Virus record (IMG/VR): IMGVR_UViG_3300030451_003654
Coordinates: 1 to 64,000 of that record
DNA: 64,000 nucleotides
Source of the DNA: a virus
Strand: one strand, 5' to 3'
Part shown: in pieces, positions 8,359 to 16,871 of the stretch
Numbering within the stretch: the first letter of the stretch is position 1
How the letters are laid out: each line of letters opens with the position of its first letter
Notes under the pieces: model-generated
Databases searched by the model: none
What the model was told of the DNA's origin: nothing
Seen by the model: the letters and a program-made list of their open reading frames with translations, nothing else
Translations under genes and position numbers: made by a program

Positions 8359-8625
8359 ATGGATATAAGAGTAATAGATGAAGAAAAAAAGTGTCATTAT
8401 TGTAGAGAACATTTTAATGGAGTAGAAGAAGGGTTAGTACAGATACTACCGAATGGTGAAGAATCATATTATCATTTAAGATGTATTGGTAAATTATGCG
8501 TTTATAGAATTGAAGGCGTATTACCTAAACATTTATTTGAAGCGGTAGTAACAGAATTAAAAAATCCTCTACCTGTTGAAGATAATGGACAAACAACACT
8601 TGATGATTTCCAAGAAGAAGAATAA
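8359..8625 (+). CDS. Zn-finger protein with C-terminal PIP box
   Basis: CHYC...YYHLRC and terminal QTTLDDF. Confidence 0.7.
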   Translation: MDIRVIDEEKKCHYCREHFNGVEEGLVQILPNGEESYYHLRCIGKLCVYRIEGVLPKHLFEAVVTELKNPLPVEDNGQTTLDDFQEEE

Positions 8626-8648
8626 TTTTGTAGATATTATAATAAGGT

Positions 8649-9071
8649 ATGAGCAAAATGTTTAATGAAGGACAATTACAAGGAGTGCTATTAACAATAG
8701 CAAGACCCGAAGTAACTGCTTATCAATCACAAAGTAAAACAGGTTGGACAATTAGAACAAGGGTTATGTTTAGAGCAAGTAAATCTTTTCTTGTAGCACT
8801 ACAAAGAAAGTTTGAGCAGTTAGAAATTAAATCTATTCTCAGACTTGTAGAGGGTGTAAATAGAGAAGCACCTGTTTTAATAGTAGGTAAAAGAGATTCT
8901 ATTAAGATTTTAAGAGATTTAATGCCTAAACATATTCCCTGTTCACATTCAAATTGGGCTTTGATTGATGATATAATGGCAGGTATGGAAAATAAAGAAC
9001 ATTTAGAAGATGAAGGAATGAGTGGATTGATAGAGTTGATTAACAATGAAAGGAAAGACAAAGAAGTTTAA
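8649..9071 (+). CDS. degenerate LAGLIDADG-fold protein
   Basis: N-terminal helix QLQGVLLTIA followed by a beta-rich pattern typical of the LAGLIDADG fold; the catalytic acidic residue is not evident. Confidence 0.45.
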   Translation: MSKMFNEGQLQGVLLTIARPEVTAYQSQSKTGWTIRTRVMFRASKSFLVALQRKFEQLEIKSILRLVEGVNREAPVLIVGKRDSIKILRDLMPKHIPCSHSNWALIDDIMAGMENKEHLEDEGMSGLIELINNERKDKEV

Positions 9072-9876
9072 TTTATATGTTGGTGGAAACGGTAGTGGTA
9101 AAACTAAAAGAGCGAAGCAACAATTAGGTTCAAGACCTTTTGTTGTTTATCAAGCCAATGATATTAAGTTAGACGATGTATATTCTTATCCTAAAAATCA
9201 TGGTATATTAATTGAAGATGTACATTACAAACCTGATAAAGATAAGATACTTCAAATTCTATATGTCTTAGATTATGTAGCATTAACATCAAATAATGAA
9301 AAAGATGTACCAAAGGCTATAATGAATCTATGTGTAAGAAAAAGAATGGGTCAAACAGACAACAGGCAAATAGAAATTAAAAAGATTGCACCAAACGCTG
9401 AGTCAATTAAAAAGTATGAAGCAACAATTTATGATATTAACATAGCATACTTAAAAAATAAAAATAGAAAGGAGGTATTAGATTTGATTAAATATAACAA
9501 GCCTTCTGATATGCAATTGATTAGTTGGATTCAGCCTAATATTGATGTAAGAAATATTGCTTTTGCTGATAATATTATGAGAAGATGGAGTACAGATTAT
9601 TTCTATGAGATACTAACTTATTCATGGTCGGGTTATCATGGTGGTAGAGTAGAATTTCCAAGAAGAAATAGTTATTCTCCCGTTCCTAAAATATGTGCAA
9701 AGTTAGGATTAAAAGAAAAGGATGCTTATTTAGTTAAGACCTTTTTGAAAAACCCTGAGTATCAAGAATGGGCTATTAGTAAATTAGATAGAGATGAATG
9801 TAAAATTTTAGGTTTAAAGAAACCAAGAAAGCAACCGATTAGAGTAGTTAATACAAAGTTAGGTGATTGGTTATGA
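9046..9876 (+). CDS. rfcL: clamp loader (RFC) large subunit-like AAA+ protein
   Basis: Walker A GGNGSGKT, ILIEDV Walker B-like motif, C-terminal PIP-like NTKLGDWL; near the RFC small subunit gene. Confidence 0.6.
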   Translation: MKGKTKKFNLYVGGNGSGKTKRAKQQLGSRPFVVYQANDIKLDDVYSYPKNHGILIEDVHYKPDKDKILQILYVLDYVALTSNNEKDVPKAIMNLCVRKRMGQTDNRQIEIKKIAPNAESIKKYEATIYDINIAYLKNKNRKEVLDLIKYNKPSDMQLISWIQPNIDVRNIAFADNIMRRWSTDYFYEILTYSWSGYHGGRVEFPRRNSYSPVPKICAKLGLKEKDAYLVKTFLKNPEYQEWAISKLDRDECKILGLKKPRKQPIRVVNTKLGDWL

Positions 9877-10031
9877 GAATAGCAAAAGGAACAGGAGTAT
9901 CTTTTAACGCATGGTTAGGAAAGATAGAAAAGACTGTAAAAGATAAAGTTAGATTTTTACAGTTAAGAGAATTCTACGAAGATGATTTAACTCCTGATGA
10001 GGTAAAAATAAAGGTGGATATTGATGGTTAA
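9873..10031 (+). CDS. 52-aa hypothetical microprotein (MRIAKGTGVSFNAW...)
   Basis: Manually read; ATGA overlap with the previous gene and AGGTGA RBS. Confidence 0.55.
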   Translation: MRIAKGTGVSFNAWLGKIEKTVKDKVRFLQLREFYEDDLTPDEVKIKVDIDG

Positions 10032-10365
10032 AAGAAATTGGATTAAAGGCGTAAGAAGAAAAAGAAATAAAACTTATGCTGAAAGGTTTATTGATAGAGC
10101 CATGAATGATGGTGTTGAAAGAAGTGCAAGTCAAATATTAGATGCTATCATTGATTATATTGATAATAATGGTTTAACATATAACTATGTACCAACTAAA
10201 GGAAAGATAATTAATTATGTTAATGATAGTAGTAGGTATCATAAAACTATCAATAAAACATCCAATACTTATACCAAAATATATTTGTGTGAAACTTGTG
10301 ATGGAACAGGTTTTGTCAGACATAATAATTGTAAAGAATGTAATAGTGAGAGTGAAGAAGAATGA
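10021..10365 (+). CDS. putative winged-helix protein with C-terminal CxxCxGxG Zn finger
   Basis: SASQILDAI..VPTKGKIINYV pattern; CETCDGTG...CKEC. Confidence 0.6.
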   Translation: MMVKRNWIKGVRRKRNKTYAERFIDRAMNDGVERSASQILDAIIDYIDNNGLTYNYVPTKGKIINYVNDSSRYHKTINKTSNTYTKIYLCETCDGTGFVRHNNCKECNSESEEE

Positions 10366-10559
10366 AATGTGAAATGTGTGGATTAGAAAATGCTGAACAT
10401 AAAGGAATGCATTGTGGAGTGTATAAGGTTTGTAATGATTGTGTTGCAAAATCAGTACACGCAAGAATGTGGCTTATTGGAAAAGCAAAAGAAATTAAGA
10501 CGGATTATTTATACGGTGTAGATTATAAGGTGAATAGCGATGATGCAGGAAACAAATAA
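10362..10559 (+). CDS. Zn-finger microprotein
   Basis: CEMCG...VCNDC. Confidence 0.65.
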   Translation: MKCEMCGLENAEHKGMHCGVYKVCNDCVAKSVHARMWLIGKAKEIKTDYLYGVDYKVNSDDAGNK

Positions 10560-10668
10560 ACTACTGAATAAATTAAATGAAAACATAGAACGAGGCAATA
10601 GAATACTTGTCGTTGTAACGATAGTTAATATTGCTACTGTAATTATGATAGGATTGGTATTACTATGA
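10540..10668 (+). CDS. 42-aa membrane-anchored microprotein
   Basis: Manually read MMQETNKLL...RILVVVTIVNIATVIMIGLVLL*; AGGTGA RBS. Confidence 0.6.
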   Translation: MMQETNKLLNKLNENIERGNRILVVVTIVNIATVIMIGLVLL

Positions 10669-10787
10669 AATGTAAATACTGTGATGGCTCAGGGGTTGCC
10701 ATTGAAATGCCATGCCCCGAATGTAAAGGATTAGGAGAGATTGAAAATGAATTGGACAGAAAAATACAGACCACAAAGAGTAAGTGA
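10665..10787 (+). CDS. 40-aa DnaJ-type Zn finger microprotein
   Basis: Manually read MKCKYCDGSGVAIEMPCPECKGLGEI...; two CxxCxGxG repeats. Confidence 0.6.
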   Translation: MKCKYCDGSGVAIEMPCPECKGLGEIENELDRKIQTTKSK

Positions 10788-11652
10788 TATAAGAGGACAA
10801 ACTAAATTTGTATCAGATGCAAACTCATGGATTGAAAGAGGCGATATGCCTAATGTTTTAATCTATGGAAATCCTGGAAATGGTAAAACAACAGCAGGTC
10901 ATTGTTTAGCAAATGAGTTTTTAGGTGATGGTAAGAGCGTTAATTTTATTGAGATTAATGCAAGCCAAGATAGAAAGTTAGATACAATTAGAAATACTAT
11001 TTCTAACTTTGCAAATACTAAAGGTACTACACCTTTCAAGATTTGTATGTTAGATGAGATAGATGGTATGACAAGAGATTCTCAAAGAGCATTAAAGAGA
11101 GTTATGGAAAGAGCAACTAATGTTAGGTTTATTATTACTTGTAATGAACATAGTGATGTTGATTATGCTATCCGTAGTAGATGTGCTAATTATTGGTTTG
11201 AACCTTTACCTTATGAAGATATGTATAAAATGTTGTGGTACATATCAATTGAAGAAAACTTCAAGGTGAATGATGATGATTTACTTGAATACTGTAAAGC
11301 AATCAATGGAGATATGCGAAGAGGTATTAATGAATTACAAGCCTGTGCTTTTAGCGGTACAGACATTATAGAAAAATCAAGAGAATTTTTGAATAATTAT
11401 ACAAAGATTATGGACCATATAATAAAGAAAGAAGTTTTTGAAGCGAATGACCTATTGATGAAAGAAGTATTAAGTGGTCGTTCTGTAAAAGAAATATGTA
11501 ATAATCTACATCATTGTGTATTAGATATGGAAATTGATAGAAGCATTATGTTTAAGTGCCTCAGTCATATAGGAGAAATGGAATGGAGAAGCAAGTCAAT
11601 GACTCCAAAAATAATCGTGTCGTGGTTCTCGGCACAATTCATTGACAACTAA
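10741..11652 (+). CDS. rfcS: replication factor C small subunit (clamp loader)
   Basis: WTEKYRP, GNPGNGKTT, EINAS, LDEID, SRC and GDMRRGIN RFC boxes. Confidence 0.95.
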   Translation: MKMNWTEKYRPQRVSDIRGQTKFVSDANSWIERGDMPNVLIYGNPGNGKTTAGHCLANEFLGDGKSVNFIEINASQDRKLDTIRNTISNFANTKGTTPFKICMLDEIDGMTRDSQRALKRVMERATNVRFIITCNEHSDVDYAIRSRCANYWFEPLPYEDMYKMLWYISIEENFKVNDDDLLEYCKAINGDMRRGINELQACAFSGTDIIEKSREFLNNYTKIMDHIIKKEVFEANDLLMKEVLSGRSVKEICNNLHHCVLDMEIDRSIMFKCLSHIGEMEWRSKSMTPKIIVSWFSAQFIDN

Positions 11653-11669
11653 AGAAAAGACAAAGGAAA

Positions 11670-12923
11670 GTGAAAAATATGAATGAAAGAATAGAAAAAG
11701 AATTGAATGGATTAGCAAACAAATTGGGTAAGTCTGAAGCCGAAATGCTTGAGAAGTACAACGAAATTGCAGAAAGCAACAACCTTGATTTAGAGAATGA
11801 GCGACAACAAATGGTTGCACTAACTCTAACAAGAAACTTTGTAAGAGGTTCTCTAAAATCTAATACTACTAAGAGAAGTAGTGGTGGATATGGAAATGAT
11901 GCTTTTGGATTTGTTGTTGGTTCTGAACCTGCAAGAGATGTACAGGAATGGAAGAGAAAAACTTTGATTAGTGATTATAACAGTAATCCTAATACTGTAT
12001 TCAATGAAGAAAGATGTGCTGAAGTTGTACTAACTGATGCAGGTTATGAAAAGAGTCAAGTTGTAGATGGTGATGTACAAACTAAGGTAATTCCTCAATT
12101 GCCTAATTCATCTATTGAAGTAGAAGAAAATAAGTGGATTGTACCTCTTGATAATATTAAGTCTTTTATGAGTGGAGATGCAAACCCTCGCTATGGAAAG
12201 CCTCTACCTGCTGAAGAATTTAGAAGAAGAGTACATTTGATTGCAAAGAAAGACGGTGGAGATTATCAATATTGGACTTTTGGTTTGAAGAATATTGCCG
12301 CTAAAGAATGGGATGTAAGACCATTTGAGTGGATTCATCTAAACGCTTTGTTTAATGATGACAGAAATGCTTGTTATGGTATTAAGGGAAGAACACTTGC
12401 TTCTCTACAATATAATGCTAACTTAGATGAAGATGATGATTTGTATGTTGGTAAGTTGCCTTCTATGGAAGATTTACTTGTTGATTGCATGGAAGAATAT
12501 ATTGCTGATTTGATGGAGATTGAAGATTATCATTCTACTATTATGTCAAATCCAGGAATGAAACTATGTATTACTGATGGTATTGTAAGCAGTATGAATT
12601 TGACTGTAAATGAAAAGACAGGAAATAGAGTATTGTGGATTGAACCTGCTGATGCAAGTTATGGTTTTGAAGAAGCCGATATTCCTGATTCAACACCATG
12701 TTGGATTCCTGCTAATGTGGAAATTGATTTTGGTGTAGGTTCTGATATTATTGTTATTGGTAGAACAAATCAAACTCTAAAAAGAGATGAAGATGGAAAC
12801 CAATTAGAAGATGAATGGAATCCTGTATCTATGAATGTATATGGTATTCTTCCGAGAGTTGCTCTTGGTGCACCGAATGAAGTTGTAGAATCAACTGATG
12901 ATGAATCATTGACTTATTGGTGA
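11670..12923 (+). CDS. RPA-like OB-fold ssDNA-binding protein (putative)
   Basis: Located in the replication block; beta-rich OB-like segments (FGVGSDIIVIGRT) and an acidic/aromatic C-terminal tail. Confidence 0.55.
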   Translation: MKNMNERIEKELNGLANKLGKSEAEMLEKYNEIAESNNLDLENERQQMVALTLTRNFVRGSLKSNTTKRSSGGYGNDAFGFVVGSEPARDVQEWKRKTLISDYNSNPNTVFNEERCAEVVLTDAGYEKSQVVDGDVQTKVIPQLPNSSIEVEENKWIVPLDNIKSFMSGDANPRYGKPLPAEEFRRRVHLIAKKDGGDYQYWTFGLKNIAAKEWDVRPFEWIHLNALFNDDRNACYGIKGRTLASLQYNANLDEDDDLYVGKLPSMEDLLVDCMEEYIADLMEIEDYHSTIMSNPGMKLCITDGIVSSMNLTVNEKTGNRVLWIEPADASYGFEEADIPDSTPCWIPANVEIDFGVGSDIIVIGRTNQTLKRDEDGNQLEDEWNPVSMNVYGILPRVALGAPNEVVESTDDESLTYW

Positions 12924-12928
12924 TTTTA

Positions 12929-13084
12929 ATGAATTGGAAGAAGTTAGGTTTTTACAGTAGTTTAGTATCTATTGTTGGTAGTATTGCTATCTATGCTTTG
13001 CACGATGAGAATTTAGGTATTTTTGTTGGGCTTTGGGCATCAGCATTATTACTTCTATCAGATAGAGTCGAAGAAGTACTTTGA
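12929..13084 (+). CDS. 51-aa two-helix membrane protein
   Basis: Manually read MNWKKLGFYSSLVSIVGSIAIYAL..LGIFVGLWASALLLL...; GGTGA RBS. Confidence 0.65.
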   Translation: MNWKKLGFYSSLVSIVGSIAIYALHDENLGIFVGLWASALLLLSDRVEEVL

Positions 13085-13166
13085 TTGTACTTTGATTTTA
13101 TGATGTGTAATCGTAGGCGTTAATGACGGTCATAGAGGTGCGAAGCCTATACAAAGAGGTATTCAA

Positions 13167-13385
13167 ATGAGTGAAGAAAGATATGTAAGAATGAATCAGT
13201 TAAGTTTAGATTTGGCTGAAGTAGAAGCAATTGAGTGGAAGAAAATAGATGATGATGAAAATATATCAGCACAGGATTTGTATTCAATTAGAATACATCT
13301 AAAGAGTGGTAAAATGTATTCAAGACAATTATTTGAAACTCAATTTGATGAACTGAAAGAACAGTTTAAAGGATTAATTAATTAA
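13167..13385 (+). CDS. hypothetical protein
   Basis: ORF with GAGGT RBS. Confidence 0.7.
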   Translation: MSEERYVRMNQLSLDLAEVEAIEWKKIDDDENISAQDLYSIRIHLKSGKMYSRQLFETQFDELKEQFKGLIN

Positions 13386-13403
13386 AAAAGGAAGTGAAGA
13401 AAA

Positions 13404-14318
13404 ATGGGAATAGGAAATAAGAAAGGAAATGCGGCAGGAAGTGTATTGAAAAATGCAAAGGAAGAAAGCGGATTATCTGCTTTTAAGGAAGCAAAACTAA
13501 GAGCAATGAATCAGCGAAAGAAACTACTTGAGCAAGATTCAGCATTTATGATTTGTGGAATTAGTGGAAATCCAGGAACAGGTAAAACAGGAATTGCTTT
13601 AGATTGTAGAACCGAAAAAGAAAAAGAAACACATTGGTTGTTTATTCTTGATTTTGATGAAGGTGCTGAACCTACATGGAGGCAACATTGGGCTAATGAT
13701 GAAAAGATTGTTATCTTTAATCCATACATTTACAATGAAGATATGACTGTTGATTATTTGGCTACGGCTGATATGGCAAGATTCTTTATTGCTATGGTTA
13801 AGGAAGCAATTGAAACAGGACAAATTGAAGATGGTGAAGATACTGTACAAATTGATGCAGTAAAGGCTATTGTTTTTGATGGTCTTGATTCATGGTTAGA
13901 TACTACAAATATGATTGCAAGATTAAATCATATTAAGGGTAAAGACCCAAGAGCAGCAGATAAAGTAAAAATGGTTCCGACACAATGGTATGCAAGAACA
14001 GAAGAGTATAAGAGATTATTTAAGGCGGCTTGTCAATTAAGATGCCATAAATTCTTTATTACTCATATGAAAGAAGTACATGATGGATTTGATATTGTTG
14101 GTATGAAGCCTGATTGGGAGAAATCTACAACGGCTAAATTATTCCAACACATTGAATGTAAAATGGAAGAAAGAGGTAAAACATTTAAACTTACAGGAAC
14201 AGTTAGAAAGTCTAAGACTAATGCTGATAATGTAGGTCAGACATTTACAATTATGGAAAATAATGGTAAAGAAATTGTATGGAACGGTATTCCTGCAATT
14301 AGCGAGAATACTCTTTGA
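13404..14318 (+). CDS. RecA/RadA-fold P-loop ATPase (Sak4/AAA_24-like recombination protein)
   Basis: Walker A GNPGTGKT, ILDFDEG, Walker B IVFDGLD, FITH. Confidence 0.75.
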   Translation: MGIGNKKGNAAGSVLKNAKEESGLSAFKEAKLRAMNQRKKLLEQDSAFMICGISGNPGTGKTGIALDCRTEKEKETHWLFILDFDEGAEPTWRQHWANDEKIVIFNPYIYNEDMTVDYLATADMARFFIAMVKEAIETGQIEDGEDTVQIDAVKAIVFDGLDSWLDTTNMIARLNHIKGKDPRAADKVKMVPTQWYARTEEYKRLFKAACQLRCHKFFITHMKEVHDGFDIVGMKPDWEKSTTAKLFQHIECKMEERGKTFKLTGTVRKSKTNADNVGQTFTIMENNGKEIVWNGIPAISENTL

Positions 14319-14439
14319 GGATTAGTTTCCTCTTTGATATTATAGGGTTTTGTTAAGCGGTAATTGAATAGAGAAGTGGCTAATGCAAACGGGGTTTTCC
14401 TCCATCCTTCTATTCCCCCTATTTTAAGGAGATGTTAAT

Positions 14440-15204
14440 ATGAAATGTAAAGTTAATGGTAAATTGTTAAAAGAGAAGATTGAAAGTGTATTATTGAAAG
14501 GCAAGTGGAACAATGGTGGTAGTAGTAAAAGTACTATCCTTTGTCCATCAGTTATCATTAGTGTACAAGAAAATGGTAATATATGTAAGTTATCTAACGG
14601 TAATCCTTCTACATATGTTTCTAATACTTTAGACTTAATAGAGTTAGAAGATTGTGAAACAGGTAGAGTTGCAGTAGATTCTGAAATCCTATTGAAATAT
14701 TTACCTAAAGAAGATTGTATTCTTCAATTGGTAAATAACATTTTTCAATTGGTTTCTGAAAGAAAGACAGTAAGAATTCCTATATTAGAAAGACATGAAA
14801 ATAATGATAGTATTTTATTTGTTGAAAAGAATCTAAATATAGAAAGAAATATTAATACTGAAGTTACAGTTAGTGCAAGAACAACACTAAATACAAGAGT
14901 TAAAGTTAGTACCGATGAATTGGTAAATGCTTTATCAGATTGTGAAGCAGTTGGAACTTCAGTTTTTCAATTAGATTATGATGGTGAACATTTAAATGTT
15001 TCATCATCTAATGGAACAGAATTAGTTATGGTAAAGATTGAACCTATGGAATCCGTAGGTGAAAAAGCAACAATGGAATTTAGCGCACCTGTACATAAAT
15101 ATTTAGAAGGTCGTGCTACAATTTTATCTTTTGAAGATGAAACTCCACTTGCATTACTAAGTGGTAATTTAAAGGTGTTAAGAGCACCAAGAATAGAACA
15201 TTAA
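14440..15204 (+). CDS. pcn: DNA sliding clamp (PCNA-like)
   Basis: 254 aa with a repeated clamp-like beta/alpha pattern and C-terminal LRAPRI as in PCNA (LAPRI); clusters with RFC and PolB. Confidence 0.75.
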   Translation: MKCKVNGKLLKEKIESVLLKGKWNNGGSSKSTILCPSVIISVQENGNICKLSNGNPSTYVSNTLDLIELEDCETGRVAVDSEILLKYLPKEDCILQLVNNIFQLVSERKTVRIPILERHENNDSILFVEKNLNIERNINTEVTVSARTTLNTRVKVSTDELVNALSDCEAVGTSVFQLDYDGEHLNVSSSNGTELVMVKIEPMESVGEKATMEFSAPVHKYLEGRATILSFEDETPLALLSGNLKVLRAPRIEH

Positions 15205-15205
15205 G

Positions 15206-15445
15206 GTGATTAAAATGGGTAAAAAGAAAAAGAAAAATACAGATAGAGAAATTATAGAAAGACTATTATTAATGACACAGCATTTTGCTAACGCTATTAA
15301 TTTAGAAACTGCGGCAATATTACATAATATGGGAGTATGTCAAACTTATATTATGCCTGATGAAGAAGGAAATAATAATTGTCCTATTTGTAGAATGGAA
15401 AAAGAAAGGGAAGAAGCGGAGTCGGAAGATAATGCGTCTGACTAA
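15206..15445 (+). CDS. hypothetical protein (CPIC motif)
   Basis: ORF track; AGGTGA RBS. Confidence 0.6.
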   Translation: MIKMGKKKKKNTDREIIERLLLMTQHFANAINLETAAILHNMGVCQTYIMPDEEGNNNCPICRMEKEREEAESEDNASD

Positions 15446-15563
15446 TATGTATTGTCATAAAAGATATTGTAACAATATTGCAAGGTCTGGTTTTAGATTT
15501 TGTATGCAAAAAGATTGCAATACACACTTAAAGAAAAAAAGTAAATTGGAGGAAGAAGAATGA
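15432..15563 (+). CDS. Cys-rich Zn-finger microprotein
   Basis: MRLTNMYCHKRYCNNIARSGFRFCMQKDC...; 3' part of ORF 15360..15563. Confidence 0.55.
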   Translation: MRLTNMYCHKRYCNNIARSGFRFCMQKDCNTHLKKKSKLEEEE

Positions 15564-15832
15564 CAATGAGCGACCATCAAGATAGCGAGATATTTGCATA
15601 TGATAAAACATGGGAACAAATAGAATCTTTTTTAGAAGAAGCCGAAAGAGAGCAAAATAGAAGGTGGACAGCATTTCAAAGTTGTCCGAAGCCTTTGCGT
15701 ATGCAACATTGGAATAACTACAAAGGATTAGAAGGAGTAATTAATGCTCTAAGATGGGTTCTTGGCGACCTTAGAATGCCAAAAGAGAAAGTATTAGGGA
15801 GAGATAATAATGAAAATAGAAGAAAGAGATAG
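15560..15832 (+). CDS. hypothetical protein
   Basis: ATGA-coupled ORF. Confidence 0.7.
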   Translation: MTMSDHQDSEIFAYDKTWEQIESFLEEAEREQNRRWTAFQSCPKPLRMQHWNNYKGLEGVINALRWVLGDLRMPKEKVLGRDNNENRRKR

Positions 15833-16862
15833 TTTAACTTATGACGATATTAGTATTATACCATATATGTCTGATATAAAATCAAGAAGTTATTGTGATA
15901 CATCAGTAAATTTTGGGAATTATAATCTAAATGTTCCTTTAATCGCATCACCAATGGACACAGTATGCGGTTCAGAAATGTGTATTGAATTAGCAAAACT
16001 TGGAGGCATTGGAGTATTACATAGATTTCAAAGTGTCAAAGAACAAGTAGCATTATGTTATGATATTGAAGCAGAAGTTAGAGGACAATATATGGCGGCA
16101 GTTGGTGTTGGACAAAAAGGTAAAGATAGATTTGATTCATTAGTAGGTTATACTAATATTCAAGGTGTCTGTATTGATGTAGCACATGGCGACCATGAAT
16201 TAGTTGCTGATATGATTGCTTATATTAAAGAAGAATTTGAAGAAGTAAATGTAATGGCAGGTAATATTGTAACTAAAGGTGCGGCTGAAAGATTAATTGA
16301 AGCAGGTGCTGATTCTTTAAGAGTAGGAATTGGTAATGGTTCTATGTGTGAAACAAGAATTAGAGCAGGTGTAGGTGTTCCTCAAGCAACAGCAATACTT
16401 GATATTGCATATCATATAAATGAAGTTTTAGACTTAGATGAAATACCATATATTGTTGCTGATGGAGGTTGTAAAACAGTAGGAGATATTCCTAAAGCAA
16501 TTGCTCTTGGTGCTGATGCAGTTATGGTAGGTTCTTTATTTGCAGGAACAAAAGAAACTCCTGGAATTATATCTAAAATGGGAATTTGGCCCAATGAACA
16601 ATTATACAAAAAGTATCAAGGTTCGGCTTCTATTGATTCAAAAACAGCAAGAGGAGAAGAAACAAAAAATGTAGAGGGTAATTCTAAAATTACTCCGTAT
16701 AAAGGAAAGGTAAGAAGAATAGTTGAAGATATATCTGATGGAATTAAATCCTCCATGAGTTATGTTGGTGCTTATACTGTTTCCGATTTTCAAACTAAAG
16801 CACAGTTTTGTAGAGTTACTCAAGCAGGTCAATTAGAAGCAAAACCACATGGATTATATTGA
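15810..16862 (+). CDS. guaC: GMP reductase / IMPDH family oxidoreductase without CBS domains (GuaC-like)
   Basis: [38 protein letters not shown] (catalytic Cys), ADGG. The flap YQGSAS...KNVEG resembles GuaC and lacks the IMPDH Arg-Tyr dyad. Confidence 0.8.
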   Translation: MKIEERDSLTYDDISIIPYMSDIKSRSYCDTSVNFGNYNLNVPLIASPMDTVCGSEMCIELAKLGGIGVLHRFQSVKEQVALCYDIEAEVRGQYMAAVGVGQKGKDRFDSLVGYTNIQGVCIDVAHGDHELVADMIAYIKEEFEEVNVMAGNIVTKGAAERLIEAGADSLRVGIGNGSMCETRIRAGVGVPQATAILDIAYHINEVLDLDEIPYIVADGGCKTVGDIPKAIALGADAVMVGSLFAGTKETPGIISKMGIWPNEQLYKKYQGSASIDSKTARGEETKNVEGNSKITPYKGKVRRIVEDISDGIKSSMSYVGAYTVSDFQTKAQFCRVTQAGQLEAKPHGLY

Positions 16863-16871
16863 GGTGATAAT

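Noticed and set aside
9994-10000. CTGATGA hammerhead ribozyme core
   Set aside because: No stem II hairpin followed by GAAA; the sequence lies within a plausible 52-aa ORF.
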